Below are positions 12,401 to 23,097 of a stretch of DNA of 64,000 nt, one piece after another. The stretch covers positions 298,471 to 362,470 of the forward strand of contig CAVWVQ010000005.1 of assembly GCA_963758525.1 (NCBI GenBank). The letters run 5' to 3'. The position numbers and the translations under genes are program-made. This DNA is from an uncultured Phycisphaerales bacterium (GTDB lineage Bacteria; Planctomycetota; Phycisphaerae; Tepidisphaerales; Tepidisphaeraceae). The notes beneath the pieces are model-generated. The model was given only the letters and a program-made list of their open reading frames with translations, was not told the origin of the DNA and ran no database searches. Each line of letters opens with the position of its first letter. Positions within the stretch are counted from its first letter, which is position 1.

Positions 12401-15400
12401 GCCTGGGTTCCGTTCCCGCAACAGCGACTTCGGTAACACTGAATTGGAACGCCAACTCCAGCAATCAGACTGGATACCATTTGGACAGGGCGACTGATCC
12501 CAATTTCACGCAGAGCTTGATCACCGAGAATTTGCCCGCCACGCCCGCTTCGTTTATTGACGGAGCCGCTGGCCTGGCGCCGGGAAGCACTTATTACTAC
12601 CGCTTGCGCACTTTCAACGGCGCGGGCGACTCGGGCAATTCAAACACGGCACAGGTGACGATCCCGCTTGCCCCGGCCAAGCCGACGCTTCAGCAGGTGG
12701 ATGATGTCACAACCAACGAGATCGATATCAGCTGGCAGGACAATGCGGGCAACACCGCCCAGGGTTACCATATCTTCAAGGCGGTCAATCACGGTGCGTT
12801 CAACCTGGCGGCCTCGCTCCCGCCCACCTCGCGGCCGGCGACCAGTGAATACGACTGGAGCGACACGAATCTCAGCCCCGGAAATTACTACGAATACCAT
12901 ATCGTGGCGTACAACACCTCCGGCAACAACGACTTCGCGGGCGTCAACGCAACGACCATCACCACTCCGCCGACAGGGCTCACCGCCGTCAATTCCAACA
13001 CCGGCTCGGTCACGCTCAACTGGACGCCTCCCTCTATCGGAGCGGCGACCTACAACATCTATCGCAGCATGACCAGTGGCGGCGAAGGGGCCACCACACC
13101 AATCAAGACTGGCGTCACCGGGACGGTCCAAAGCAACGGCACTGTCAGCTACTCGGACAGCAGCGGTGTCAACAACACGACTTATTACTACGAAGTGTCG
13201 GCGGTCAACGCCAACACCAATATTACGCCCACGATTTCCTCTGAGAGCCTGGTCTCCAACGAGGCAAACGTACTCTTCGTCACGCCGCCGGCGAACACCC
13301 CGTCAACTCCGACGGCGGTCCCCGGGAATCAGGCCATCAGCGTGATTTGGCCGACCGTCGCCAATGCCACCAGTTACAGCATCTATCGCTCCACCGCCGC
13401 CGGTCAGGAAACGCTGTACCAAAGCAACCTGCCCGCGACAGGTGGGCAATCCGGCGTCTTCACGGATTTCTCCGTAACCGCGGGCACGACCTATTTCTAC
13501 AAGGTGTGCGCCAGCAATGGTGGGGGGCCCAGCGCACTTTCCCCCGAAGCGTCCAGCGTCGCGGTCGGCGCCAGCACGCTGTCGGACTCGGACATCGGAG
13601 AGTCCCAGGCCGGATCGATCAATGTCAAAAATGGCACGTACACAATCACCGCTGGAGGCCTCGACATCTTCGGAACTGCCGATCAGTTTAATTACGACGC
13701 AGGCACGGTTCTTCCAACCAACTCGGTCATCGAAACGGAGGTAACCAACATCCAGAACATCACCGCTTACACCAAGGCCGGTGTGATGTATCGCGCCAAT
13801 AACTCCGATCACAATTACATGGACCCGGGCGCGGCTGAAGTTTCAATGCTCGCCACGCCGGGCGCCGGCGTGCTGTTCGAATATCGCCTGGGGTATCAGG
13901 CATTCACCACGAGCGTGAAGGATATGACGGTCCCCGCTCCCAGCGCATCGGCCCCAGTTTGGCTCGAAGTCGTGCGCACCGGGAATAATTACAGCGGCTT
14001 CTACAGCCTCAATGGCTTGACTTGGGTGCAGGTCGGGACGGCCACCACCGTCAATCTTGGCAATACTCCGGTTGCCGGAATTGGCGTCACCTCGCACAAC
14101 AACACGCTGACGGCCACGGCCAGCTTCACCAACGTCTTGATCCCCTCTGTGGTTAGCCTGCCGGCGGTACCAACAGGCGTAACCGCGATCCCGGGAAGCA
14201 GTTCGGTCAGCGTCGTCTTCCCGAACGTTCCCAAGGCAACCAGCTACAACATCTATCGCTCGACCACCTCCGGCGGAGAAGCGATCTACAAGAGCGGAAT
14301 CCTCGCCAGTGGTGGGACCTCCACGCTCTTCACGGATACGAATGTGACCAACGGCACCACGTACTACTACAAGGTCACCGCTCTCAACGCCGCGGGGGAA
14401 ACCGCCCCGTCAACTGAATCATCGGCGACGCCCGTGGCGGCGGGCGCTCTGCGGGACGCCGATATCGGCGGGCTCGCCCCGTCTGCCGGGTCCGCGGTCG
14501 GCAGCGGAACGATCACGCTCTCCGGTGGTGGCGCCGACATCTTCGGAAATTCAGACCAGTTCAACTTCGATTCATCCGCCGGAGCCACGGGCAATACGGC
14601 CCTGACGACGGAAATCACCAGCCTCTCCAATACCAACCCCTTCACCAAGGCCGGCCTCATGCTCCGAAGTGACGGGAGCCCCGGCTCGGCCCAGGTATCT
14701 GTGCTGGCCACTCCGGGCAATGGCGTGATGTTCGAATGGCGCGCGGTTGCTGGAAATGCGTCGGTCAGCGTCAAGGATTCAACCGTTCCGATTCCCACCG
14801 CATCCAACCCTGTTTGGCTGCAACTCATTAGAATCGGAAACAGCTTCAGTGCCTTCTACAGTCTCAACGGCTCGGCATGGGTGCAGGTCGGGACGGCTCA
14901 AACCGTCAGCCTGAGCCCGACACCATTGGCCGGGCTTGCGATCACGTCACATAACACTGGCAAGCTTGCCACCGCCACCTTCACCAATACCTCGATTCCC
15001 GGATCAACCGCCGCACCGGCGATTCCCACCGGCATTACTGCCGTGGCCGCCGGTACGGCCGTAAGCCTGCTCTTCCCCTCCGTCAGCGGTGCGACCAGCT
15101 ACAACATCTATCGCTCAACCAGCGCAGGTGGGGAGACACTCTACAAGAGCGGCGTCACGCCCGGTGGTGGCGCCTCGACTCTCTTCACCGACACAGCTGT
15201 CACCGCCGGTACGAAGTATTACTACAAGGTGACCGCCCTGGCTGGCGGAGCCGAAAGCGGGCAGTCCAGCGAGGTCGTTGCCACTCCGACCGCGTTGGGG
15301 ACGCTCGCCGATGCGGACATTGGCATCGGATCCGATCCGGCGGGTAACGCCAGCTTGAGCAATGGGACTTACACCGTCTCGGGCAGCGGCGGCGACATCT

Positions 15401-15873
15401 TCAACAAGGCTGACGCCTTCAATTTTGACTCGACAACGACCACCGGTGACACGACGCTTATTACCAAAGTGACGAGTCTCTCCAGTCCGAGCAACACCAG
15501 TTCAGTCGCCAAGGCGGGCGTGATGTTCCGCGCCAGCTCGGATCCAAAGGCCGCGGAAGTCTCTCTCGTCGCCACTCCGGGCGAAGGGGTCTTCTTCCAG
15601 TGGCGATCCACGTACGGCGGAGTGTCCAACAGTGTCAAGGTGCTGGGTATCTCCGGACCGACAGCGGCCAAACCGGTCTGGGTGCAACTGGTGCGGACGG
15701 GCAGCACGTTCACTGCCTTCTACAGCGCCGACGGTGTTTCTTGGATCCAGATCGGCACCCCGCAGACGATCGCGCTCTCCAGCCTGCCCAGCGCGGCGCT
15801 GACCGGATTGGCCGTCACTTCCCACAACGACAGCCAGCTCGCGACCGCCACGTTTACGAACGTCGTCATGTGA
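9450..15873 (+). CDS. Very large secreted multidomain protein (planctomycete extracellular motif, PQQ-like propeller region, FN3 repeats, L-type lectin domain, three FN3 + jelly-roll modules); apparent indels near 10821 and 11948
   Basis: VEGLEKRVLMS motif; VLTYRND/VDGNVYAQPL/GITGTPVID; lectin segment ADGFTFTIQ..AVKFD..AYIGFTGGTG; repeated YNIYRST/TYYYKV FN3 and GGxDIF..ADxFNF modules; single-base additions join the three ORFs. Confidence 0.75.
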
Positions 15874-15924
15874 TCGAGGCAGTCAGCCACAGATCGCGGC
15901 CTTGCGCCGCAATCCCAAACTCAC

Positions 15925-15958
15925 AGACCCCGCCGGATTCCGGCGGGGTCTTTTATTT
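15925..15958 (+). terminator. Rho-independent terminator between convergent genes
   Basis: AGACCCCGCCGG-ATT-CCGGCGGGGTCT perfect 12-bp stem followed by TTTATTT. Confidence 0.85.
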
Positions 15959-17047
15959 CGTGGGTGCAACGAACAGTCCGACCGCTCCCGCCGTGATGCA
16001 GATCTGTTTGCTCCTCGTATTGCGTGCAACAACATTTTTCGCGTACCCGTCAAAGTGCCAGAAAGCGGGATCGCTATTCCCGTCCGCGTTGCCGACATGC
16101 ACGAGAACCGCGTGCTTGCACCCCTCCACCGTCATCCCGTCTACCGCAACACCTCGGCTGGCGGCGATTGTCTGTTTGTATGAGCTGCCGTTGGAAACCG
16201 AGGAACTGATTTCGATCGCGGAGCCGATCGCGTTGGTCACGATCAGATTGGAAACGCTGACGTTCAAACTCCCCGCGATACGGCACCCGTTGGAACGCGA
16301 ATTGGTCGAACGAATGTTGGCGGCAATGGAATCGCTGTTCGACCATGCTCCCAGAGACGGCTCGCTGAATGGCCCCTTCCCGGTAGTCGGTCCGTAGTAC
16401 GTGACGAAGGCGAGTGTGTCGTCCCCTGTGTTGATGCCGGTTATATCGTCAGCGCGCACACGCCGGCAGGCGTTGAAGTGGAGGCCGTCGGCCAACGTGT
16501 TCACAGCCGTGAAATTCCCAACGCTCACGTCGCTGCAGCCCATGAAGACGGCGCCCGCTTGCGGAGCGCCTTCGACGGTCACGTTGCGCACAACGACGTC
16601 CCCAATCTGCTGTGATTCGCTTGGATATCCGCGCAATTCAATTCCGAATCCGAATCCGCGTTGGCTGGGAAACGTCTTCCATTTCACGTGCGCGTTCAGT
16701 ACCGCGATGTTCCGCGCCCGCCCTTGGATCAGAATGCCGTTGCCAGTGCCCAGGCCGTCCCGAAGATTGTCCATCAGAAGCATTGCTCCGGCATCAAACT
16801 GAACGGTGAGGTTGCTGACGTTGTCGAACCTGGCGGCGGTGCCGGGAGTTGCATGCCGATAGATGCCGGCGGGAAAGAGAAGCGTTCCCGATCGGTTGGC
16901 GCTCAGAGCCTTTGCTGCGCTCTGAATCGCCGACCCATCGTCGGCAACTCCGTCACCGACGGCCCCGAATGCGCGGACGTCGAAGACGGCGGCGACTGCC
17001 GTTGCCGGAGAGCATGATTCGGTCTGTCGTGAGTCCGGATCATTCAT
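15953..17047 (-). CDS. Right-handed beta-helix (Pectate_lyase_3-type N-terminus) glycan-active protein, paralog 5
   Basis: DVRAFGAVGDGVADD, LLFPAGIY, ADGLHFNACR, NTGDDTLAFVTY; no signal peptide seen. Confidence 0.75.
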   Translation of the reverse strand: MNDPDSRQTESCSPATAVAAVFDVRAFGAVGDGVADDGSAIQSAAKALSANRSGTLLFPAGIYRHATPGTAARFDNVSNLTVQFDAGAMLLMDNLRDGLGTGNGILIQGRARNIAVLNAHVKWKTFPSQRGFGFGIELRGYPSESQQIGDVVVRNVTVEGAPQAGAVFMGCSDVSVGNFTAVNTLADGLHFNACRRVRADDITGINTGDDTLAFVTYYGPTTGKGPFSEPSLGAWSNSDSIAANIRSTNSRSNGCRIAGSLNVSVSNLIVTNAIGSAIEISSSVSNGSSYKQTIAASRGVAVDGMTVEGCKHAVLVHVGNADGNSDPAFWHFDGYAKNVVARNTRSKQICITAGAVGLFVAPTK

Positions 17048-17057
17048 CGTGCCCAGT

Positions 17058-18656
17058 TTATAAGAGAGCGGCTGTGATGGGAGCGAGAACCGGCTCGTTC
17101 TTCTTTTTCAAGTCTGCTGCCGGCCGTGGTTTTTTTGCTTTCGTTCTGCGCGGGCGAGCGGGCCGCTTCTTCACCTTTCGTTGATGATGAGCTGGCGACG
17201 CCGCGGTTGTCTCTGCCGCGGCGGGAGCGCCAGGCAGCGAAGAGACGGTTGCAACCGTACCCGTGGCGTTCGCGGCCGCAACAGGAGCAACTGAACTTGT
17301 GCTCTGGGTCACGGGAGTAGCGGTCGGGCCGGACGAACTGCCCGTGGAAGTTGTGCCGCTGGCGGGACTGGAGGTTGTGGTCGGGCTGGGCGCTGTAGTG
17401 GTGGAAGTCGCACCCCCGGTGGCGATGGAACCCGCTGGTCCGGAAGAGCTGGGAGCGGAAACCGAGCCAACGGGAGCGATATTGAGTCCCAGGGCCCCCT
17501 GGGTGATCGCTACCGGAATACTTCGAGTATCGCTTGCCGAAATGTTGCTCACCGACGCACCGAATTGCCAGTACGTGGGGTCGTCGCTGTTGCTGGCGTC
17601 GCCGCCAACATTTGCAAGAAACGCATGATAACAGCCGGAAACCTTCAGCCCGTTGACCACGATGCCTCGGCTGGCGGCATAAGTCCACATATAAGAACTG
17701 CCGTTGGCGATCGAGGAGTCGACTTCGAGCCCAGAGCCTATGGCATTTGACACATTCAGATTGGAGATGCTTACGTTCATGCCTCCGCTGATCCGGCAGC
17801 CGTTCGCGTGAGAGTTGGTCGAGTAGATGTCGGTCGCCGTTGAATTCGAGTCGGACCAGGCGCCCAGGGTGTTCTCGCTGAAAGGCCCGGCTCCTGTGGT
17901 CGGACCCTTATAGGTGACGAATGCCAGGGTGTCGTCGCCGGTGTTGATGCCGGTGATCTGGTCGGCAGTGACATGACGGCAGGCGTTGAAGTGCAGCCCG
18001 TCGGCCAACGTGTTCATTGCCGTGAAGTTTTGCACGGTCACGTCACTGCAACCCATGAAGACGGCGCCGGTTTGCGGCGCCCCTTCAACCGTGATATTTT
18101 GAAGGACTGCATCCTCGATCGTTTGCGAGTCGCTCGGGTACCCGAGGAATTCCAGGCCCGATCCGAAGCCCCGCTGCAAGGGAACTGTCGCCCACTTGAT
18201 GTGAGCGCCAATTACCGAAACATTCGTCGCGGGACCTTTGATCAGAATGCCGTGCCCGGTGCCCAGGCCGTCCGCAAGATTATCCATCAGCAGCGTCGAC
18301 CCGCCGTCAAATTCAATCTTCAGATTGCTGATGCCGTCAAAAGTGATGGCAGTGCCCGGCGTGGCGTCGCGATAGGTGCCGGCGGGAAAGAGCAATGTGC
18401 CCGAACCATTCTCCACCAGCGCGTTTACGGCGGCGGTGATCGCCGGCTCGTCATTTGTCTTGCCATCGCCCAGTGCGCCATAAGAACGCACGTCGAAGAC
18501 AGCTGAGGTCGCGGTCCCCGCCACTGCCGAAAAGAGGACTCGGGATTCCATCGTTTCGATGGATACCGGAGCGGCAGGTGTGCCCCCTGGCCTCACATTC
18601 CGCGAAGCACCCAATCGCCATTTCCGCGTTTGCGGATGGGTTACAACATTGTCCAT
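17058..18656 (-). CDS. Beta-helix glycan-active protein, paralog 4, with planctomycete extracellular motif, S/T/A linker and K/R-rich tail
   Basis: IETMESRVLFS; DVRSYGALGDGKTND; ADGLHFNACR; NTGDDTLAFVTY. Confidence 0.78.
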   Translation of the reverse strand: MDNVVTHPQTRKWRLGASRNVRPGGTPAAPVSIETMESRVLFSAVAGTATSAVFDVRSYGALGDGKTNDEPAITAAVNALVENGSGTLLFPAGTYRDATPGTAITFDGISNLKIEFDGGSTLLMDNLADGLGTGHGILIKGPATNVSVIGAHIKWATVPLQRGFGSGLEFLGYPSDSQTIEDAVLQNITVEGAPQTGAVFMGCSDVTVQNFTAMNTLADGLHFNACRHVTADQITGINTGDDTLAFVTYKGPTTGAGPFSENTLGAWSDSNSTATDIYSTNSHANGCRISGGMNVSISNLNVSNAIGSGLEVDSSIANGSSYMWTYAASRGIVVNGLKVSGCYHAFLANVGGDASNSDDPTYWQFGASVSNISASDTRSIPVAITQGALGLNIAPVGSVSAPSSSGPAGSIATGGATSTTTAPSPTTTSSPASGTTSTGSSSGPTATPVTQSTSSVAPVAAANATGTVATVSSLPGAPAAAETTAASPAHHQRKVKKRPARPRRTKAKKPRPAADLKKKNEPVLAPITAALL

Positions 18657-18824
18657 GGCTCTTCAATCGGTTCAACAGAGTCCCCGCTTCTCAGCAACTT
18701 CCCTCAAAAGCTCGACGCTGAAGGTATTGTCGGCAATCCGTACGACTGAAGTCGCATAACCCGGAAACTCGCCAGGAATCAGACTTCATTCACTCCACTC
18801 CCGAGCGGGTGTCATTCGCTGCCC

Positions 18825-20444
18825 CTATTGCAGCAGCGTCCGCTCCTCCACTTCCAGCAGCGTGATGGTTCTCCCATGCATGTGCTGGCCGGTCGCTCGG
18901 ACGCCGGACCGGACCCTTGGGCCGACCTTTGTTCTCGGCCGCGTCGGGGTCGCCTTAATGATCGTGGCTGAGCCTGACGTTCCCTTGCCACTGATGGTGG
19001 CGGCGATCGGCGTTTGGACGACCGACTTCGAGGAAGGTATCGAGCTCGCGCTGGTAGTGACGCTCTCAACGGTGCCGGGTGAACTGGAGCCGGACGCAGC
19101 ACTGCCCGCACCCGTAGCAGCCGCTGCCGTAGAACTGGAGCTGTCATCGGCAACGATAGGAGTGGTCCCGGCACTGGAGCCCGAAGCAGGAGAGCTGGCA
19201 ACTGCAGGCGCTGAAGCGGAGCTGGCGGCGGCGCTTGAGCCAACAGGATCGATCACCAGGCCGGTCGCGCCAGGCGTGATGGTAACGGGGGTGCTTCTCG
19301 TGCCCTGCGCTACCACGTTGCTGACGGTTCCGCCAAATGCCCAGAACGTTGGATCGGTGTTGCCGGCGGCATCGCTGACTTCCAGGAGCACGGCGTGATA
19401 ACAGCCGGTCACGTTCAGCCCATCCACGGTGACGCCCTTACTGCCGCCGATCGTCCACGAGAAGGTCGTGCCGTTGGCAATCGAAGAACCGATTTCCACG
19501 CCGGAGCCGATGGCGTTGATCACCGTGAGGTTCGATACGCTGACGTTGAGCACACCGGAGATTCGGCAGCCATTCGCATGGGAGTTGGTCGAAGTAATGT
19601 TGGTGGCGGTTGAATTGGAGTCTGACCATTCGCCGAGCGATGGCTCGCTATAGGGTGCGGTGGCGGTGGTTGGGCCGTAATACGTCACAAATGCGAGAGT
19701 GTCGTCGCCGGTGTTTACGCCGGTGATGTGATCCGCAGTGACGTGACGGCAGGCATTGAAGTGCAGGCCGTCCGCCAGCGTGTTCATTGCGGTGTAATTC
19801 TCGACGTTGACGTCGCTGCAACCCATGAAGATCGTGCCTGCCTGTGGTGCCCCTTCGATGGTGACGTTCTCCACGGATGCATTTTCGATCGTCTTCGCAT
19901 CGCTGGGATATCCCTTGAATTCTATGCCGAAGCCAAAGCTGCGCACGCTGGGCAGCGTCTTCCATTTGATGTGCGCGCCGATCACCGAGTCATTGCTCGC
20001 GTGTCCTTGAATCAGGATCCCGTTGCCGGTGCCGCTGCCTGATTTGAGATTATCCATCAATAGCGTTGCGCCGCCGTCGAACTCAACGGTCAGATTGCTG
20101 ATACCGTCAAAGCGCACGGCAGAGCCCGGCGTGGCGTCGCGGTAGGTTCCTGCGGGGAAAAGGAGCGTTCCGGACCCGTGCGCCGACAGCGCCTTTGCTG
20201 CCGCGGTGATGGCCGCTTCGTCGTTGGTGACCCCATTGCCAGTAGCGCCGTAACTTTTGACGTTGAAGATGACAGGCGTTGGCAGGGCGGCAACAGTGGA
20301 AAACAGAGCGCGCGATTCCAGCGTTTCGATCGCCGCCCGAAGCAGCGAAATGCTGTGCAACGCGTCAACTTTGCCACGCCTGAGCGACGACGAATTTCGA
20401 TCCGAGTGAACGAGCGTGACGAGTTTGCTTATTGGGGTGAGCAT
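18825..20444 (-). CDS. Beta-helix glycan-active protein, paralog 3, with planctomycete extracellular motif and S/A/T linker
   Basis: IETLESRALFS; NVKSYGATGNGVTND; same core motifs; start placed at the ATG at 20444. Confidence 0.78.
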   Translation of the reverse strand: MLTPISKLVTLVHSDRNSSSLRRGKVDALHSISLLRAAIETLESRALFSTVAALPTPVIFNVKSYGATGNGVTNDEAAITAAAKALSAHGSGTLLFPAGTYRDATPGSAVRFDGISNLTVEFDGGATLLMDNLKSGSGTGNGILIQGHASNDSVIGAHIKWKTLPSVRSFGFGIEFKGYPSDAKTIENASVENVTIEGAPQAGTIFMGCSDVNVENYTAMNTLADGLHFNACRHVTADHITGVNTGDDTLAFVTYYGPTTATAPYSEPSLGEWSDSNSTATNITSTNSHANGCRISGVLNVSVSNLTVINAIGSGVEIGSSIANGTTFSWTIGGSKGVTVDGLNVTGCYHAVLLEVSDAAGNTDPTFWAFGGTVSNVVAQGTRSTPVTITPGATGLVIDPVGSSAAASSASAPAVASSPASGSSAGTTPIVADDSSSSTAAAATGAGSAASGSSSPGTVESVTTSASSIPSSKSVVQTPIAATISGKGTSGSATIIKATPTRPRTKVGPRVRSGVRATGQHMHGRTITLLEVEERTLLQ

Positions 20445-20599
20445 GCTCTCAAATCGGCACGCCCGAGCCGGCGGACTTGAGCCACGCGCGGAGAAAATTG
20501 ATTTGTTAAATCTTTGTCGACGATCAATTCCGCACAAACCGTACAAGGGGCAGGGTCGAGCGGCCGCGGCCGTTGCGCCGGCAAGATCGTGACAGCGAC

Positions 20600-21766
20600 T
20601 TACTTGATCGCACTGACGACCACGCCCAGCGCGCTGGGCGACACTGATACGGCAACGCTTCTGGTCCTGCGCGCCACGACGTTCTTGACAGAACCATCAA
20701 ACTGCCAGAACGCAGGATCGCTCGCGCGACTTCCATTGCCGACATTGACGAGAACCGCGTGTTTGCAGCCTCTGACGGTTACGCCGTTGACGGCAAAGCC
20801 ACGGCTGGCTCCGCTGGTCCAACTGTACGTGCTGCCGTTGGCGATAGTGGAATCAATTTCAATCCCGGCTCCAATCGCGTTGACGACATTCAAGTTCGAA
20901 ATGCTGACATTCAGATCGCCGGTGATTCGACAGCCGTTGGCGTGGGAATCGATGGAACGAACATGCGTGGCCGTCGAATTGGAATCCGACCATTCACCCA
21001 AAGCGGGCTCACTGAACGGTCCAGCACCGCTGGTAGCGCCAGCGTAAGTGACAAAGGCGAGCGTGTCGTCGCCGGTGTTCCTCCCGGTGATGTTGCTTGC
21101 TGTCACGCGCCTGCAGGCGTTGAAGTGCAGACCATCCGCCAGCGTGTTGATCGCCGTGAAATTCTGCACGGTAACATCGCTGCATCCCATGAAGATTGTG
21201 CCCGCCTGAGGTGCGGCTTTGATGATTGCATTTCGGACGACGGCATTTTCGATCGTTTGTGCATCACTGGGGTATCCGCGAAATTCAATGCCGAATCCAA
21301 ACCCCCGTTGTGCTGGTACCTTCTTCCATTTGACGTGCGCGCCGATCACGGCATCGTTGCTTGAGTGGCCCTGGATCAGGATGCCGTCTCCGGTGCCAAG
21401 CCCGGCGGTGAGGTTGTCCATAAGCAACGTGGAGCCGCCCAGAAACCTGATTGTGAGGTTGCTGATGCCATCGAAGCGCACCGCGGTGCCGGGCGTCGCA
21501 TCACGATAGATGCCCGTGGGGAACAGAAGCGTCCCCGATCCGTGCGCAGCCAACGCGTCTGCCGCCCGCGTGATTGCGGCTTCGTCGTTGCTGATTCCGT
21601 TCCCTCTTGCGCCGAATGCTCTCACATTGAAAACCGCTGGCGCAGGGGCTCCCACGGTCGCCGGGATCGCCGAGAGCAAGGTTCGTGATTCCAGCGTTTC
21701 AATTGTTGACCGGGACAAAACGGCGCGACGACGCCTTTTCAATCGACTTCGGTCGTACACGTCCAT
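20600..21766 (-). CDS. Beta-helix glycan-active protein, paralog 2, with planctomycete extracellular motif
   Basis: RRRR..IETLESRTLLS; NVRAFGARGNGISND; same core motifs. Confidence 0.78.
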   Translation of the reverse strand: MDVYDRSRLKRRRRAVLSRSTIETLESRTLLSAIPATVGAPAPAVFNVRAFGARGNGISNDEAAITRAADALAAHGSGTLLFPTGIYRDATPGTAVRFDGISNLTIRFLGGSTLLMDNLTAGLGTGDGILIQGHSSNDAVIGAHVKWKKVPAQRGFGFGIEFRGYPSDAQTIENAVVRNAIIKAAPQAGTIFMGCSDVTVQNFTAINTLADGLHFNACRRVTASNITGRNTGDDTLAFVTYAGATSGAGPFSEPALGEWSDSNSTATHVRSIDSHANGCRITGDLNVSISNLNVVNAIGAGIEIDSTIANGSTYSWTSGASRGFAVNGVTVRGCKHAVLVNVGNGSRASDPAFWQFDGSVKNVVARRTRSVAVSVSPSALGVVVSAIK

Positions 21767-21912
21767 GGGTGATCAGTCGTACGCCGCCGACGATCCACAG
21801 TTCGCCGCCGCGATGTGCTTCAGCGTCAGTGTCGCTCGCCTGCCAGAAGCGTGAAGGGGTTGGGTTGGGGGGATGGAGCCCAGTTGTCTTTGAGCATACG
21901 CCAGCGCGAAAT

Positions 21913-23097
21913 TCACTTGATCGGATCAACTGCGAGCCCGGATGCGCCGGCCGTAATGGAAATCGCTTTGCTGCGTGTTCCATGTGCCACGACATGTTTC
22001 ACGTAACCGTCAAAGTGCCAGTAAGCAGGATCGGTCATATCCGCGGGATTGCCGACATGCACCAAAACGGCGTGTTTGCAGCCGGTGACATTGACACCGT
22101 CGACAGCCACGCCGCGGCTGGAGCAGCTCGTGTATTTATACGTAGTCCCGTTGGCGACCGTCGAATCGATTTCGATGCCGGCGCCAGTCGCGTTCACCAC
22201 GGTCAGGTTCGACACGGTCACATCCATGTCGCCGGTGATCCGACAACCGTTGGAATGCGAGTCGGTCGAGCTGATGTTGGTGGCTTTAGTATCATTGTCG
22301 CACCATTCACCAAGCTTCGGGATCGCGAACGGGCCTTTTCCGACAGTGGGCCCGGTGTACGTAACGATGGCGAGCGTATCGTCACCGGTATTTACGCCGG
22401 TGATGTCTTCGGCATGGATGTGGCGACAGGCATTGAAATGAATGCCGTCGGCCAGCGTGTTCTTTACGGTATAGTTCTTCACGCTGATGTTGCTGCACCC
22501 CATGAACACCGTGCCGGCCTGTGCCGCTCCCTCGACCAGGATGTCCTTCAGGACAATCTTTTCGATCGTCTTGTCATCGCTCGGATATCCGCGGAACTCC
22601 ATGCCAAACCCGAAGCCGCGTTTGCGGGGGATCGTGGCCCATTTGATGTGCGCGCCGAGTACGGAAACGTTGGTCGCGGGGCCCTTGATTAATATGCCGT
22701 TTCCGGTGCCAAGCCCATCCTTCAAATTATCCATGAGCAGCGTTGAGTTGCCTTCGAATTTGAGCGTGAGGTGGCTGATTCCGTCAAACTGTATCGCAGT
22801 GCCGGGCGTACCGTCGCGGTATGTCCCGGCGGGGAACAAAAGCGTGCCCGAGCCGTGCTCAATCAGCGCCGCCACCGCCTTCTTCATCGCCGCCTCGTCG
22901 TCGGTTGTGCCGTCACCGGTGGCGCCGTAATTCCGCACGTTAAAAGTTGCGGACTCCGGATCGGCTGGTGCTGCCGATGGGGCCGCCCATGTAATACGCA
23001 ATCCCGGCAGGATCATTAAGGACAGCGTTATGCCGCTCAGCATTGCCAGTTGAAATCGTTTGCCGTAACGCCAACGTTTCGAATCAGCAGGAAGCAC
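21913..23097 (-). CDS. Beta-helix glycan-active protein, paralog 1, with Sec-type signal peptide
   Basis: Basic n-region, hydrophobic h-region ending TWA-A; NVRNYGATGDGTTDD; ADGIHFNACR; GAGGTG RBS before the GTG start. Confidence 0.78.
   Translation of the reverse strand: MLPADSKRWRYGKRFQLAMLSGITLSLMILPGLRITWAAPSAAPADPESATFNVRNYGATGDGTTDDEAAMKKAVAALIEHGSGTLLFPAGTYRDGTPGTAIQFDGISHLTLKFEGNSTLLMDNLKDGLGTGNGILIKGPATNVSVLGAHIKWATIPRKRGFGFGMEFRGYPSDDKTIEKIVLKDILVEGAAQAGTVFMGCSNISVKNYTVKNTLADGIHFNACRHIHAEDITGVNTGDDTLAIVTYTGPTVGKGPFAIPKLGEWCDNDTKATNISSTDSHSNGCRITGDMDVTVSNLTVVNATGAGIEIDSTVANGTTYKYTSCSSRGVAVDGVNVTGCKHAVLVHVGNPADMTDPAYWHFDGYVKHVVAHGTRSKAISITAGASGLAVDPIK

Noticed and set aside
15953..23097. 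Prophage tailspike cluster
   Set aside because: No capsid, terminase, integrase or tail genes nearby, and the proteins carry host export leaders
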